Below are positions 8,582-18,056 of a stretch of 64,000 nt of DNA, piece by piece; the stretch's first letter is position 1; each line of letters begins with the position of its first letter. The position numbers and the translations under genes were made by a program. The DNA is from Candidatus Omnitrophota bacterium (GTDB taxonomy: Bacteria; Omnitrophota; Gorgyraeia; Zapsychrales; Zapsychraceae). The DNA is taken from assembly GCA_015233115.1 (NCBI GenBank), contig JADFYJ010000006.1, positions 65,801 through 129,800 on the forward strand. Direction: 5' to 3'. The notes beneath the pieces were generated by a model, which worked only from the letters and a program-made list of their open reading frames with translations, ran no database searches and was not told the origin of the DNA.

Positions 8582-9595
8582 ATGAAATTAACTAAACGAT
8601 TTGACCATCAATTTTCAGACGTCATTAAGATGATTCACGCGTCTCGGTATAACGCCATCAAAAGCGTTAATGCTGAGCTTGTGAAGCTGTATTGGAGTGT
8701 GGGTGAGTACATCAGCAAGAAACTTGCTTCGGCTGAATGGGGAGATTCTGTTGTTGACAATCTTGCTGATTTTATCCAGGCTCACCACCCTGAATTTAAA
8801 GGTTTTACCCGTCGCGGTCTTTATCGGATGCGGCAGTTTTACGAATCCTATCGGGGTAGTAAATTTGTGTCAACACTGTTGACACAAATAAGCTGGTCCA
8901 GTCACTTGCATATACTTGCCAAAACTAAAACCATTGAAGAAAAAGAATTTTATCTGCGCCTCGCTATTAAAGAGAAATATTCTGTTCGTGAACTGGAGCG
9001 TCAGATTGATAGCGGCTATTTTGAGCGAGTGATGATCTCAAAGAAAAAAGTGTCACCACTGTTGACACAAATTCGTCCGGATGCTGTAGATGTGTTCAAA
9101 GATACCTATATCCTCGATTTTCTCAACCTCCCCGAAGCGCACAGCGAGAGCGATTTAAATCGAAGTATTGTTTCTAACCTTAAAGACTTTATTCTTGAAT
9201 TCGGCAAGGATTTTGCGTTTGTCGGCCAAGAATATCGTTTGCAAATAGGGAAAAGCGATTATTTCATTGATCTGCTATTCTTTCATCGTGGTCTGCGTTG
9301 CCTGGTTTTATTCGAGTTGAAAATAGACGATTTCAAGCCGGGATATATCGGTCAGTTGAATTTTTATCTTGAAGCGCTTGACCGTGATGTCAAAAAGCCG
9401 GATGAAAATCCCAGTGTAGGCATCATTCTGTGTAAGTCGAAAGATGATGAAGTGGTAGAATACGCGCTGAGCCGAAATCTTTCTCCAGCCTTGGTAGCTG
9501 AGTATAAAACAAAGCTTATTCCTAAAAAGATATTGGAAAAGAAATTGCATGAATATTACTTATTGGGCGAGTCTGTGAGAGAGAAGGAAAAATGA
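8582..9595 (+). CDS. YhcG-like PDDEXK nuclease (DUF1016 family).
   Basis: Internal duplicated LLTQI segments and a C-terminal D...EYK PD-(D/E)xK-like core; about 337 aa. Confidence 0.65.
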   Translation: MKLTKRFDHQFSDVIKMIHASRYNAIKSVNAELVKLYWSVGEYISKKLASAEWGDSVVDNLADFIQAHHPEFKGFTRRGLYRMRQFYESYRGSKFVSTLLTQISWSSHLHILAKTKTIEEKEFYLRLAIKEKYSVRELERQIDSGYFERVMISKKKVSPLLTQIRPDAVDVFKDTYILDFLNLPEAHSESDLNRSIVSNLKDFILEFGKDFAFVGQEYRLQIGKSDYFIDLLFFHRGLRCLVLFELKIDDFKPGYIGQLNFYLEALDRDVKKPDENPSVGIILCKSKDDEVVEYALSRNLSPALVAEYKTKLIPKKILEKKLHEYYLLGESVREKEK

Positions 9596-9643
9596 AGAGT
9601 TGGGGGCGAAATACTTACTGCGCGGAATTGCCGAGATAAGTCC

Positions 9644-9967
9644 GTGTCCCCGGAATACCATTCTTTGGAGGAATCAGGAATGCATACAAATGAATACTAT
9701 GCAGCTCTCGAAAAAGAATTGAAGGAAATCTTGCTCGTTGTCGGCGGCTCCTTGCCTGCCGATGATCAAGAAGAAATCACGGGATTTATTGCGCATGGGG
9801 AATATGGTTTGGCTTTTGAAACCTTGTGCCTGAGCTTTAAACTAAAATGCTCCAAAATGCCTTTGGAAGTGCGAGCCTCGGTTGAGCGGCTCGGCCGAAA
9901 GATGAAATTAGAACCTTCGTTGTGGGAAGAAATTATTTCTGAAAACAACTCAGGGACCTGTATTTGA
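9644..9967 (+). CDS. Hypothetical small protein, possibly immunity-protein-like. Local GC is visibly higher than surrounding sequence.
   Basis: 107 aa; no confident family. Last gene before the conserved pepP-efp-accBC block resumes. Confidence 0.35.
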   Translation: MSPEYHSLEESGMHTNEYYAALEKELKEILLVVGGSLPADDQEEITGFIAHGEYGLAFETLCLSFKLKCSKMPLEVRASVERLGRKMKLEPSLWEEIISENNSGTCI

Positions 9968-9998
9968 ATTCAGTTAATTCAGGACACAATACATAATT

Positions 9999-11060
9999 AT
10001 GCCAAAGCATATTTCCACCTTAAAATCTAATTTCCATAAACATCAAATCAACGCCTATCTGATCAACCGTGATGTGAATATCCGGTATCTGACCGGGTTT
10101 CCTGCCAGCGAATCATGGTTTTTGGTTACGAGTAAACAAGATTTTTACATCACCGATGGCCGGTATAAGCTCGAAGCCCAGAAAGGTTTACCTAAGTCTG
10201 TAAAAGTTCAGCTTTTTGAAAATTCTAAGTTTGAAGAAAGCTTAAAACTGGCTCATAGCCAAGGGGTTAAGGTCTTGGGATATGATAGCCGTTATGTGAC
10301 GGTTTTTGAGTTTTCACATTTAGAACGATTTGCTAAAAAGGCGAAAATTAAACTCAAAGCTTGCAATAATTTGGTGGAAGATATGCGGGCGATCAAGACT
10401 CCGGAAGAGGTGGATTATATCCGCCAGGCTTTGCAGATTCACCAAAAGGTATTAAGTATGCTAAAACGCCGGATCAAGCCTGGACTTACGGAAAAAGACA
10501 TACTTATCTATTTGAAGAAGTTTATTGAAACAAATAATACTAATTTTTCTTTTGATTCTATTATTGCTTCGGGGGGCAATTCCTGCTATCCTCATGCCCT
10601 GGTAACTGAGCGGAAAATCCTTGATAATGAAGCAGTTCTGGTGGATATCGGTTTCGAATATAAAGGTTACAAGTCTGACTTGACACGTATGTTTGTTTTG
10701 GGTAGAATAGCCGAACTTCAAAAGGAAGTTATTGAGCATGTTCGTCAGGCTCAAGCGTGTGCGATACGAATTATCCGGGATGGCGTTCCAGTAGCAGAAG
10801 TGGATCGGCAAGCTCGTAATTATCTGGAAAAGAATGGTTTGGCGAAGTATTTTTGTCATTCAACCGGTCATGGTGTGGGGCTGGAGATTCATGAGGCGCC
10901 GGCTTTATCTTCAAAAAGTGACGCGGTCTTAAGAGCGGGTATGGTTGTAACTGTGGAACCGGGGGTGTATATACCGGGAAAATTTGGGGTTAGATTAGAA
11001 GAAATGATTTTAGTCAAAAAGCAGGAAGGAGAATTGTTAAGTGGCAATTTCAATCAATGA
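9999..11060 (+). CDS. pepP: Xaa-Pro aminopeptidase (M24B family).
   Basis: Creatinase/M24 motifs HSTGHGVGLEIHEAP and GMVVTVEPGVY. Confidence 0.8.
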   Translation: MPKHISTLKSNFHKHQINAYLINRDVNIRYLTGFPASESWFLVTSKQDFYITDGRYKLEAQKGLPKSVKVQLFENSKFEESLKLAHSQGVKVLGYDSRYVTVFEFSHLERFAKKAKIKLKACNNLVEDMRAIKTPEEVDYIRQALQIHQKVLSMLKRRIKPGLTEKDILIYLKKFIETNNTNFSFDSIIASGGNSCYPHALVTERKILDNEAVLVDIGFEYKGYKSDLTRMFVLGRIAELQKEVIEHVRQAQACAIRIIRDGVPVAEVDRQARNYLEKNGLAKYFCHSTGHGVGLEIHEAPALSSKSDAVLRAGMVVTVEPGVYIPGKFGVRLEEMILVKKQEGELLSGNFNQ

Positions 11061-11607
11061 GATCAGTAGCGGCATCGGGTTAATGGTAGACGGCAATATT
11101 TTTGTGGTTGAAGATTATAGCCACGTGAAGCCTGGTAAAGGCAGTGCTTTTGTCCGCGTCCGCATGCGTAACATGAAAACCCAGCAGGTTTTGGAAAGAA
11201 CCTTTAAAACTTCGGAAAGATTAGAAGACCTTCCTTTAGAAGAACGCAAACTGCAGAGCCTCTACCGCAGCGGTGATGACTATCATTTTATGGATTTGAC
11301 TTCTTATGAAGAAAAAATTGTTCCAGTTAGTATGATGGGAGATGGGGTTCGTTTTTTACAGGAAAATTTGGAAGTGGTTGGCACAGTTTATAATGAAAAT
11401 ATTTTGAAAGTGCATTTACCGACTTTTATCATCACGGAAATTGTTCAATCAGATCCTGGTCTTAAAGGGGATTCTTCTAAATCAAGCACTAAAGCGGCGA
11501 CGATTGACACGGGCGCGACAGTGCAAGTGCCTTTGTTCATTAATGTGGGGGATAAAATCAAAGTTGATACCCGCAGCGGTACTTATATCGAAAGGGTCAA
11601 GCAATGA
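11041..11607 (+). CDS. efp: Elongation factor P.
   Basis: HVKPGKGSAFVRVRMRN KOW/EF-P N-terminal motif; GTG start overlapping the pepP stop. Confidence 0.85.
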   Translation: MAISINEISSGIGLMVDGNIFVVEDYSHVKPGKGSAFVRVRMRNMKTQQVLERTFKTSERLEDLPLEERKLQSLYRSGDDYHFMDLTSYEEKIVPVSMMGDGVRFLQENLEVVGTVYNENILKVHLPTFIITEIVQSDPGLKGDSSKSSTKAATIDTGATVQVPLFINVGDKIKVDTRSGTYIERVKQ

Positions 11608-12065
11608 ACCTAAAAGAAATTAAAGAACTTATTAAATTGATGAATGAGAATGAGCTTGGAGAAGTGGAAGTTGAACAGGAAGGGTCTAAGCTTAAACTCA
11701 AGAAATTAGCTGCCAGTTTACCTACATCAGTGGCTATGCATCCGTCATATATGGCGGCCCCAGCCCTAGCGGTTAAAGGACCAGCAGAGGCGGAAGTCAA
11801 GCCGGAAGCCGCTTCAAAAGATCATTTAAAAAAGATTATTTCTCCGATGGTGGGAACTTTTTATCGTGCTCCATCACCGGATGCCTCGCCTTACGTGGAA
11901 ATCGGGCAGGTCGTGGAACCCGGACAAGTGGTTTGTATCGTTGAAGCTATGAAGTTGATGAACGAGATCAAATCTGAAGTCCGCGGTAAAGTGGTAGAAA
12001 TTCCGGCGGAAAATGCCCATCCAGTCGAATTTGGCCAAGTATTATTCTATCTCGAACCAGTTTAA
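11604..12065 (+). CDS. accB: Acetyl-CoA carboxylase biotin carboxyl carrier protein.
   Basis: C-terminal biotinyl domain with the EAMKLMNEI (AMKM-type) biotinylation motif. Confidence 0.85.
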   Translation: MNLKEIKELIKLMNENELGEVEVEQEGSKLKLKKLAASLPTSVAMHPSYMAAPALAVKGPAEAEVKPEAASKDHLKKIISPMVGTFYRAPSPDASPYVEIGQVVEPGQVVCIVEAMKLMNEIKSEVRGKVVEIPAENAHPVEFGQVLFYLEPV

Positions 12066-12135
12066 CCTTTGAATTTGCGATAAATTTTGGCAAATGCAAA
12101 ATTCAGGTTTAATCAAAAAGAGAGTTTTATAAAAT

Positions 12136-13488
12136 ATGTTTTCGAAAATTTTAATCGCTAATCGCGGTGAAATTGCTTTACGTATTATCCGTGCTTGCCG
12201 TGAATTAGGAGTCAGGACTGTCGCCGTTTATTCTGAAGCTGACCGGGATTCTTTGCATGTGCGCCTGGCTGATGAAGCCGTCTGTATAGGTCCGGCCAAA
12301 AGTAAAGATAGTTATTTAAATATTCCGGCGATTATTTCTGCCGCTGAAGTGACGGATGTGGAAGCGATTCATCCGGGATACGGATTTTTATCTGAGAACG
12401 CACATTTCGCGGAGATCTGTGAGTCTTGTAAGATTACGTTTATCGGTCCGTCGCCAGAGAGTATCCGGATGATGGGGGATAAAGTGGTAGCTAGAGAGAC
12501 GGTCAGAAAAGCTGGAGTGCCGGTCACGCCGGGCTGTGAAGGTATTATTGAGGATAAAGAACAAGCTTTGGCCATTGCTAAACAAATCAAATATCCAGTT
12601 ATTATCAAAGCTGCCTCAGGCGGCGGTGGTAAAGGGATGAGGGTTTGTCATAATGATGTGAGTTTGGTGAGTTCATTTATCGTCGCGCAGAATGAAGCGG
12701 AAGCGAATTTCGGTAATCCAAATGTTTATATTGAAAAATATATTGAGGATCCCCGTCATATAGAGTTTCAGATCATGGCTGACCAATTCGGAAATACCAT
12801 CCATTTGGGAGAACGTGATTGCAGTATTCAAAGACGGCATCAAAAACTGCTGGAAGAAGCTCCTTCGCCTGCACTCACTCCGGAATTAAGAAAACAAATG
12901 GGAGACGTAGCTGTCAAGGCGGCAAAAGCGGCTCATTATAAAAGCGTAGGAACGATAGAATTTTTACTTGATAAGCACGGTGATTTCTTTTTTATGGAAA
13001 TGAATACCCGGATTCAGGTCGAGCATCCTGTCACAGAAATGGTGACTGGGGTCGATCTGGTCAAGGAACAGATCAAGATTGCGTGCGGAGAAAAATTAGC
13101 GTATACTCAAGAAGATATTGTCATCAGAGGCGCGGCTATTGAATGCCGCATTAACGCTGAAGATCCGGATAAAAATTTTATGCCGTCGCCCGGAACGATC
13201 GAACATCTCAATCTTCCCGGCGGTAATGGTGTGAGAATTGATACGCATATTTATCCGGGATATAAAATTAGTCCTTTTTATGATTCGATGGTCGCGAAAT
13301 TGGTCACTTATGGGCGTAACCGTAATGAGGCCATAGCGATTATGAACCGGGCTTTGCAGGAGTTTTATATCAGCCCGATTAAAACGACGATTCCGTTGCA
13401 GTTAAAGATTATGAACCACCCTTCGTTTATTCAAGGGAAGGTTTCAACTCATTTTCTTGAGAAGTTCATGAAGGACCACGAGGGCTAG
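12136..13488 (+). CDS. accC: Acetyl-CoA carboxylase biotin carboxylase subunit.
   Basis: ATP-grasp biotin carboxylase motifs ([40 protein letters not shown]); 450 aa. Confidence 0.95.
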   Translation: MFSKILIANRGEIALRIIRACRELGVRTVAVYSEADRDSLHVRLADEAVCIGPAKSKDSYLNIPAIISAAEVTDVEAIHPGYGFLSENAHFAEICESCKITFIGPSPESIRMMGDKVVARETVRKAGVPVTPGCEGIIEDKEQALAIAKQIKYPVIIKAASGGGGKGMRVCHNDVSLVSSFIVAQNEAEANFGNPNVYIEKYIEDPRHIEFQIMADQFGNTIHLGERDCSIQRRHQKLLEEAPSPALTPELRKQMGDVAVKAAKAAHYKSVGTIEFLLDKHGDFFFMEMNTRIQVEHPVTEMVTGVDLVKEQIKIACGEKLAYTQEDIVIRGAAIECRINAEDPDKNFMPSPGTIEHLNLPGGNGVRIDTHIYPGYKISPFYDSMVAKLVTYGRNRNEAIAIMNRALQEFYISPIKTTIPLQLKIMNHPSFIQGKVSTHFLEKFMKDHEG

Positions 13489-13510
13489 TGCGTCGAAGGA
13501 TTTCTAAAGC

Positions 13511-13864
13511 ATGGAAGACAAGAGTCAAGAAATTGGTGTTGTTCAGGTACACAATGTTGTCTTAGCGCAGATTATCCGAGCTGCGGTGGACAAAGTCGAC
13601 GGAGCACATCTATACCGTTCTGGAAGTTTTTGGTCCAAGATCCTATCTATTTTTGATAAATCTGCAGCTGAGGGTTTATCAATTCGGGTTGATTCCACTA
13701 ATAATTTCACAGTTAAAGTTAATTTGGCTGTTCGTTATGGCTTAAATGTTAATGACACGGCCAAGTTAGTTCAAAATCAAATCAAAGAAGATATTCTTAA
13801 ATCTGTCACCATTAATATCAAAACCATTGATATTCGCGTTTGGAGCATCGAAAGGGGGAAGTGA
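13511..13864 (+). CDS. Asp23/Gls24-family alkaline-shock or envelope-stress protein.
   Basis: 117 aa; VVLAQIIRAAVDKVDG pattern typical of Asp23. Confidence 0.7.
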   Translation: MEDKSQEIGVVQVHNVVLAQIIRAAVDKVDGAHLYRSGSFWSKILSIFDKSAAEGLSIRVDSTNNFTVKVNLAVRYGLNVNDTAKLVQNQIKEDILKSVTINIKTIDIRVWSIERGK

Positions 13865-14478
13865 TGAAATTTTTTATGAGATTGGCGGTTTTGTTTTATG
13901 TAACTTTGGTTTTATTCTTAACAGCCTTTTTATTATTGTTTGTTTTCCGCTGGTTGGATTTTCGCTATTTGGTGAAATTGGCGGCTATGGCGTATACCAT
14001 GGACCAGATCCGTTTAATCATTGCGATCACTGCAGGTGTTATGCTTTTTATTAATTTCTTGTTTTATCGTTTTTGTTCCGTCAATGTCAGACGGGATAAG
14101 ATCATTGCGTTTGACAATCCTTATGGCCGGGTGAGTGTGTCATTAGCCGCGCTGGAAGAATCTGCCCGCCGGGCTGTACTCCGGTTGGATGAGATCAAAG
14201 AAGTGAGAGCCAGTATTGAAGCCTCCCGCGGACATCTGCGTTGCCGTCTTAAAATTAATTTAAATAAAGAAGTTAATATTCCTGAATTAACCTCGCGTGT
14301 TCAAGTGTTAGTGAGGGATAAAATTCAAGACGCGATCGGTTTGGAAGAAAAGATCGATGTCATGGTGTATGTCAGTCGGATTATTCCTTCGTATGTCAGC
14401 CGTACGCCGAATGAAGAAAAGAAAACCGACTCAACAAATGCGGAACCTCATATTCCGTTTAGAGGATACCGAATATAG
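13864..14478 (+). CDS. Membrane protein downstream of Asp23 (AmaP-like anchor protein candidate).
   Basis: Two N-terminal TM helices. Strong SD (AGGGGGA) before the ATG at 13864, so start trimmed from 13840. Confidence 0.45.
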   Translation: MKFFMRLAVLFYVTLVLFLTAFLLLFVFRWLDFRYLVKLAAMAYTMDQIRLIIAITAGVMLFINFLFYRFCSVNVRRDKIIAFDNPYGRVSVSLAALEESARRAVLRLDEIKEVRASIEASRGHLRCRLKINLNKEVNIPELTSRVQVLVRDKIQDAIGLEEKIDVMVYVSRIIPSYVSRTPNEEKKTDSTNAEPHIPFRGYRI

Positions 14479-14486
14479 AAATTTAA

Positions 14487-14663
14487 GTAACAAAGTAACC
14501 GAGTAACAGAGAAAAAACGATTGGTTGAAAAAACATTGGGGTAGAAAACTTATATCCGGGTTTAGTTAATTTTTTTGTTTGGGATTTTTTAATGACTGAG
14601 TTTTTGTTTTTTATGTTTTTTTGTTGCTTTGTTACTCGGTTACTTTGTTACTCGGTTACTTTT
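14487..14663. repeat. Intergenic palindromic element, GTAACNGA subfamily. Forward arm 14487-14511, core AAAAAACGATTGGTTG, reverse arm 14621-14663.
   Basis: Tandem GTAACAAA/GTAACCGA/GTAACAGA units with their inverse at the other end; ends 17 bp before the pfkA ATG. Confidence 0.8.
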
Positions 14664-14679
14664 AAAATGAGGAGAAGTT

Positions 14680-15696
14680 ATGCGAAAGATTGGTATATTG
14701 ACAGGCGGTGCGGATTGTCCCGGACTGAATTCTGTAATCCGGGCGGTGGTGAGAAAAGCTATGCAGGAAGGGTTTGTAGTTACTGGAATTAAAAATGGCT
14801 GGAACGGGTTGATTGACAATGACATGAAGATTTTGGATCTTCGTATGACGTCAGGCATTTTAGACCGTGGTGGTACGATTTTGGGAACCAGCCGTTTAAA
14901 GCCGCCGTTATATCCGGAAAAAGAAGCTAAAGTTGTGGAAAATTTTAGGCGTAGCGGCATCGACGCCATCATAGCTGTGGGCGGCGAAAATACTCTACAG
15001 ATTGGGCTGGATCTTTATAAAAAACACTCTATTCCAGTTGTCGGTGTTCCGAAATCTATTGATAATGCTTTGTGCGGGACTGATTACGCGTTTGGATTTG
15101 ATACAGCTGTCAACGTGGCAACGGAATGCATTGACCGTTTGCATACTACTGCCGAAAGCCATCATCGGATTATTGTCATCGAAGTTATGGGCAGATATAC
15201 AGGGTGGATTGCTCTTGAAGCAGGGATTGCCGGTGGCGCGGATATTATTTTAGTTCCGGAAATTCCGATCGATATCGAAGAAACATGTGCTTTAGTTAAG
15301 GCTCGTCATCGCCGAGGAAAAAATTTCAGCTTGATCGTGGTATCTGAAGGTGCCAAAATTAAAGGAACGGTTGAGCCTGAACGGGGGCAAACGCTCATCC
15401 ATACTCCCCACATTGGCGAGATTATTGGTAAATGCGTTGAAGAAGAAACCGGTTATGAAACCCGGGTCAGTGTTTTAGGACATATTCAACGGGGCGGGAC
15501 GCCAAGCGCGTATGACCGTTTGATTGGGACACAGTTCGGAGTGAAAGCGGTTGATCTGGTTAAAGAAAGCAATTTTGGCCAAATGGTGAGTTTACATGAT
15601 GGTCAAATCTGCTCAGTAAGTATCGCCGAAGCGGTAAGAAAACATAAAGCCATAGATCAGGCTTTGTTTGAAATCGCGAAATTGTTTTCTGATTAA
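14680..15696 (+). CDS. pfkA: 6-phosphofructokinase (ATP- or PPi-dependent PFK-A family).
   Basis: GGADCPGLNSVIR, GGENT and MGRYTGWIA motifs; 338 aa. Confidence 0.85.
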   Translation: MRKIGILTGGADCPGLNSVIRAVVRKAMQEGFVVTGIKNGWNGLIDNDMKILDLRMTSGILDRGGTILGTSRLKPPLYPEKEAKVVENFRRSGIDAIIAVGGENTLQIGLDLYKKHSIPVVGVPKSIDNALCGTDYAFGFDTAVNVATECIDRLHTTAESHHRIIVIEVMGRYTGWIALEAGIAGGADIILVPEIPIDIEETCALVKARHRRGKNFSLIVVSEGAKIKGTVEPERGQTLIHTPHIGEIIGKCVEEETGYETRVSVLGHIQRGGTPSAYDRLIGTQFGVKAVDLVKESNFGQMVSLHDGQICSVSIAEAVRKHKAIDQALFEIAKLFSD

Positions 15697-15697
15697 A

Positions 15698-15912
15698 ATA
15701 GGTAATAGGCAATAGGCTAGAGGTGACGCTGTTGTAGGGGAGATCTCCTGATCTCCCGTTGCAAAATTATCGTTTTTTGGTTTTTATTTAAAAACGATTG
15801 ATGCGGGCGATCAGGAGATCGCCCCTACGAATAATTTTGTATGCGACCAAGGACGTAATTTAAAAAAGTTTTTTATTGGATTTTTTACCTATAGCCTATC
15901 GCCTATGACCTC
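15698..15912. repeat. Composite nested element. Outer ATAGGC-type inverted arms (15698-15724 / 15890-15912) enclose a GC-hairpin pair (15731-15758 / 15804-15829), core AAAAACGATTGATG and tail GCGACCAAGGACGTAAT.
   Basis: Read directly. Unit 1 carries compensatory changes (GGGAGATC...GATCTCCC) relative to the GGGCGATC...GATCGCCC unit. Confidence 0.8.
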
Positions 15913-15925
15913 GTAAGGAATATAT

Positions 15926-16489
15926 ATGTTAAATAAATTAAAAAAAATTTGCGATGAATCCAATGCCGTAAAAACAGCGGCGTTTTCTGAAAATGCCGAT
16001 ACGATTGTGCGGGTGGTCAACGCCATCATAAAGGCTTTAAAAGCGGGTCATAAAGTTTTATTTTTTGGGAATGGTGGGTCAGCTGCGGATTCTCAGCATT
16101 TGGCCGCGGAACTGATCGGCCGTTTTCAGAAAGAACGCGTTGCTTTTCCCTCGATCGCTTTAACGACAGATACTTCGATTATTACTGCTTTAGGGAATGA
16201 TTATGGTTTTGACGTGATTTTTGAACGGCAGATGGAGGCTTTAGGAAATGCCGGAGATGTCGCGGTCGGCTTATCAACGAGCGGGAATTCTGAAAATGTC
16301 ATTCGCGCCATTAAAAAAGCCAAAGCTAAAGGATTGATCACTGTATCCATGACCGGCCGTGACGGCGGTAAATTAAAATCCCTGACGGATATGAGTATTG
16401 TCGTTCGCGATCAAAACACTGCCCGCGTCCAGGAATCACACATCTGCATCGGCCATGCTATATGTGAATTGGTGGAAAGTGGTATTTAA
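15926..16489 (+). CDS. gmhA: Phosphoheptose isomerase (SIS domain).
   Basis: SIS-domain motifs FGNGGSAADSQHLAAEL and GLSTSGNSENV; about 187 aa. Confidence 0.85.
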   Translation: MLNKLKKICDESNAVKTAAFSENADTIVRVVNAIIKALKAGHKVLFFGNGGSAADSQHLAAELIGRFQKERVAFPSIALTTDTSIITALGNDYGFDVIFERQMEALGNAGDVAVGLSTSGNSENVIRAIKKAKAKGLITVSMTGRDGGKLKSLTDMSIVVRDQNTARVQESHICIGHAICELVESGI

Positions 16490-16492
16490 AAT

Positions 16493-16978
16493 ATGGACAG
16501 TTCCAAGAAAATTTTATCTCCGGCAGCGTTGAAGCGTAAATTGAATGCGCTGAAAAAATCCGGCAAGAAAATTGCGTTTACAAACGGTTGTTTTGATATT
16601 TTACATTTCGGGCATGTGACGTATTTGGAGCAAACGAAAAAAAATAACCGGATTTTGGTGATCGGGGTCAATAGTGATAAATCTGTGCGATCTATTAAAG
16701 GAACCAAGCGTCCGATTATCGCAGAAGGCGGACGTTTAAGATTATTGGCTGGTTTAGAGTGTGTGGATTTTGTGACGTTTTTTGACGAAGATACTCCGCA
16801 AAAGTTAATTGAATTTTTAAAGCCGGATATTTTGATTAAAGGAGCGGATTGGAAAGGGAAACCTGTCGCCGGCTCAGACGCGGTCATTGCTAGCGGCGGC
16901 AAAGTTGAATTTGTCGAATATGTGGATGGGTTTTCAACAACGAATATAATAAAAAAGATTTTAGATTGTGAAAGTTAA
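16493..16978 (+). CDS. rfaE: D-glycero-beta-D-manno-heptose 1-phosphate adenylyltransferase (RfaE domain II / HldE C-terminal-type cytidylyltransferase).
   Basis: AFTNGCFDILHFGHVTYL nucleotidyltransferase motif; next to gmhA. Confidence 0.8.
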   Translation: MDSSKKILSPAALKRKLNALKKSGKKIAFTNGCFDILHFGHVTYLEQTKKNNRILVIGVNSDKSVRSIKGTKRPIIAEGGRLRLLAGLECVDFVTFFDEDTPQKLIEFLKPDILIKGADWKGKPVAGSDAVIASGGKVEFVEYVDGFSTTNIIKKILDCES

Positions 16979-17384
16979 AACCGCAGACCCAATTATCCGC
17001 GTCATCGACGCGAATTTAAACCGCGCTAAAGAAGGGTTGCGGGTTTGTGAAGATATTTGCCGGTTTATTTTGGATAGCAAGCCGCTCAGCCGGCAATGCA
17101 AAGATTTACGGCACCAGTTAAATGCGGTGGTTGAAAAATTAGGGCCAGCGGCCCTGGTAAATAGTCGCGATATAGAAAATGATGTGGGCAAACCGTCCAC
17201 AACGACCGAGATGGCGCGCAGTAAAGTGGCGGATATTTTTTATGCCAATTGCCAAAGAGTCAAAGAATCCGTACGGGTGCTGGAAGAATTTTTTAAATTA
17301 GTGGACAAAAAATTGGCGGAAGATTTGAAGAAAATCCGCTATCAGGTCTATGCCGTTGAAAAAAAAGTTGTTGAACGAATCTAA
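16968..17384 (+). CDS. Hypothetical protein translationally coupled to thiE, possibly a ThiE-associated accessory domain.
   Basis: 138 aa; GTG start overlapping the rfaE stop; overlaps the thiE start. No confident family assignment. Confidence 0.35.
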   Translation: MKVKTADPIIRVIDANLNRAKEGLRVCEDICRFILDSKPLSRQCKDLRHQLNAVVEKLGPAALVNSRDIENDVGKPSTTTEMARSKVADIFYANCQRVKESVRVLEEFFKLVDKKLAEDLKKIRYQVYAVEKKVVERI

Positions 17385-17985
17385 TTTATACGTGATCTTG
17401 GATGCTCAAGTTAACACGTATGAAGAATTGTTTGAAATTGTGAAAAAGTCCGTCGGAAGCGGAGTAGATATTCTGCAATTAAGGGATAAGATTTCGTCGG
17501 CGAAAAAGGTGTTGGAATTTTCGCGGAAAATTGTAGAATATATAAATCATAAACTGCTTTTTATCGTAAATGATCGGGTGGATATTGCCTTGTTAAGCGG
17601 GGCTGACGGCGTGCACGTGGGGCAAAACGATATTTCTGCAGGGGATGTGCGGCGATTAACGGGGAAAAATTTTTTGATCGGAACCTCGGCGCAAAGGTTG
17701 GAACATTGCCGGGCGGCTGAAGAGGCAGGAGCGGATTATATTGGATTGGGATCAGTTTATAAAACGAAAACCAAACCTGAACGCTGTCCGATGGATCAAA
17801 CGCTTCTAACTGAGGTAGCACGGTCAATCCAGATACCGGTTTTTGCGATTGGCGGAATTGATCAGACCAATGTCCGGCAAATCGTCGATAAAGGTTTAAA
17901 ACGGGTTGCGGTATGCCGTTCATTATGCTGCTCAGATAATTTTTTGGAAGAAGTAAGTTTATTAAAGAAAATTTTGCGAGGGTAA
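17350..17985 (+). CDS. thiE: Thiamine-phosphate synthase.
   Basis: ILQLRDK, GADGVHVGQND, IGLGSVYKTKTK and IPVFAIGGI motifs. Confidence 0.85.
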   Translation: MPLKKKLLNESNLYVILDAQVNTYEELFEIVKKSVGSGVDILQLRDKISSAKKVLEFSRKIVEYINHKLLFIVNDRVDIALLSGADGVHVGQNDISAGDVRRLTGKNFLIGTSAQRLEHCRAAEEAGADYIGLGSVYKTKTKPERCPMDQTLLTEVARSIQIPVFAIGGIDQTNVRQIVDKGLKRVAVCRSLCCSDNFLEEVSLLKKILRG

Positions 17986-18046
17986 TTCAGTGGCAGAATG
18001 TAAGCTTCCCAAGCTTAATATGCGGGTTCGATTCCCGTCCCTCGCT
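17976..18046 (+). tRNA. tRNA-Gly (anticodon CCC).
   Basis: Manual cloverleaf: acceptor GCGAGGG/CCCTCGC, D arm ATTC-AGTGGCA-GAAT, anticodon stem TAAGC/GCTTA with loop TTCCCAA, T arm GCGGG-TTCGATT-CCCGT; 71 nt, no encoded CCA. The 5' end overlaps the last three codons of thiE. Confidence 0.8.
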
Positions 18047-18056
18047 CTGAAAAAAT

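Noticed and set aside
8697-8882. Internal + strand ORFs 8697-8882, 11441-11623, 20831-21031, 34315-34539, 44106-44291, 47401-47601 and 51115-51378.
   Set aside because: They are alternative-frame ORFs nested in confidently assigned genes (yhcG, efp, yfcE, uvrB, dnaE, hisS, phoH).
14592-14792. ORFs 14592-14792 (+), 14640-14972 (-), 13827-14054 (+) and 470-778 (-), which span repeat elements or gene starts.
   Set aside because: They run through repeat arms or overlap better-supported genes in another frame (pfkA, the Asp23 neighbour, idh). No SD or family support.
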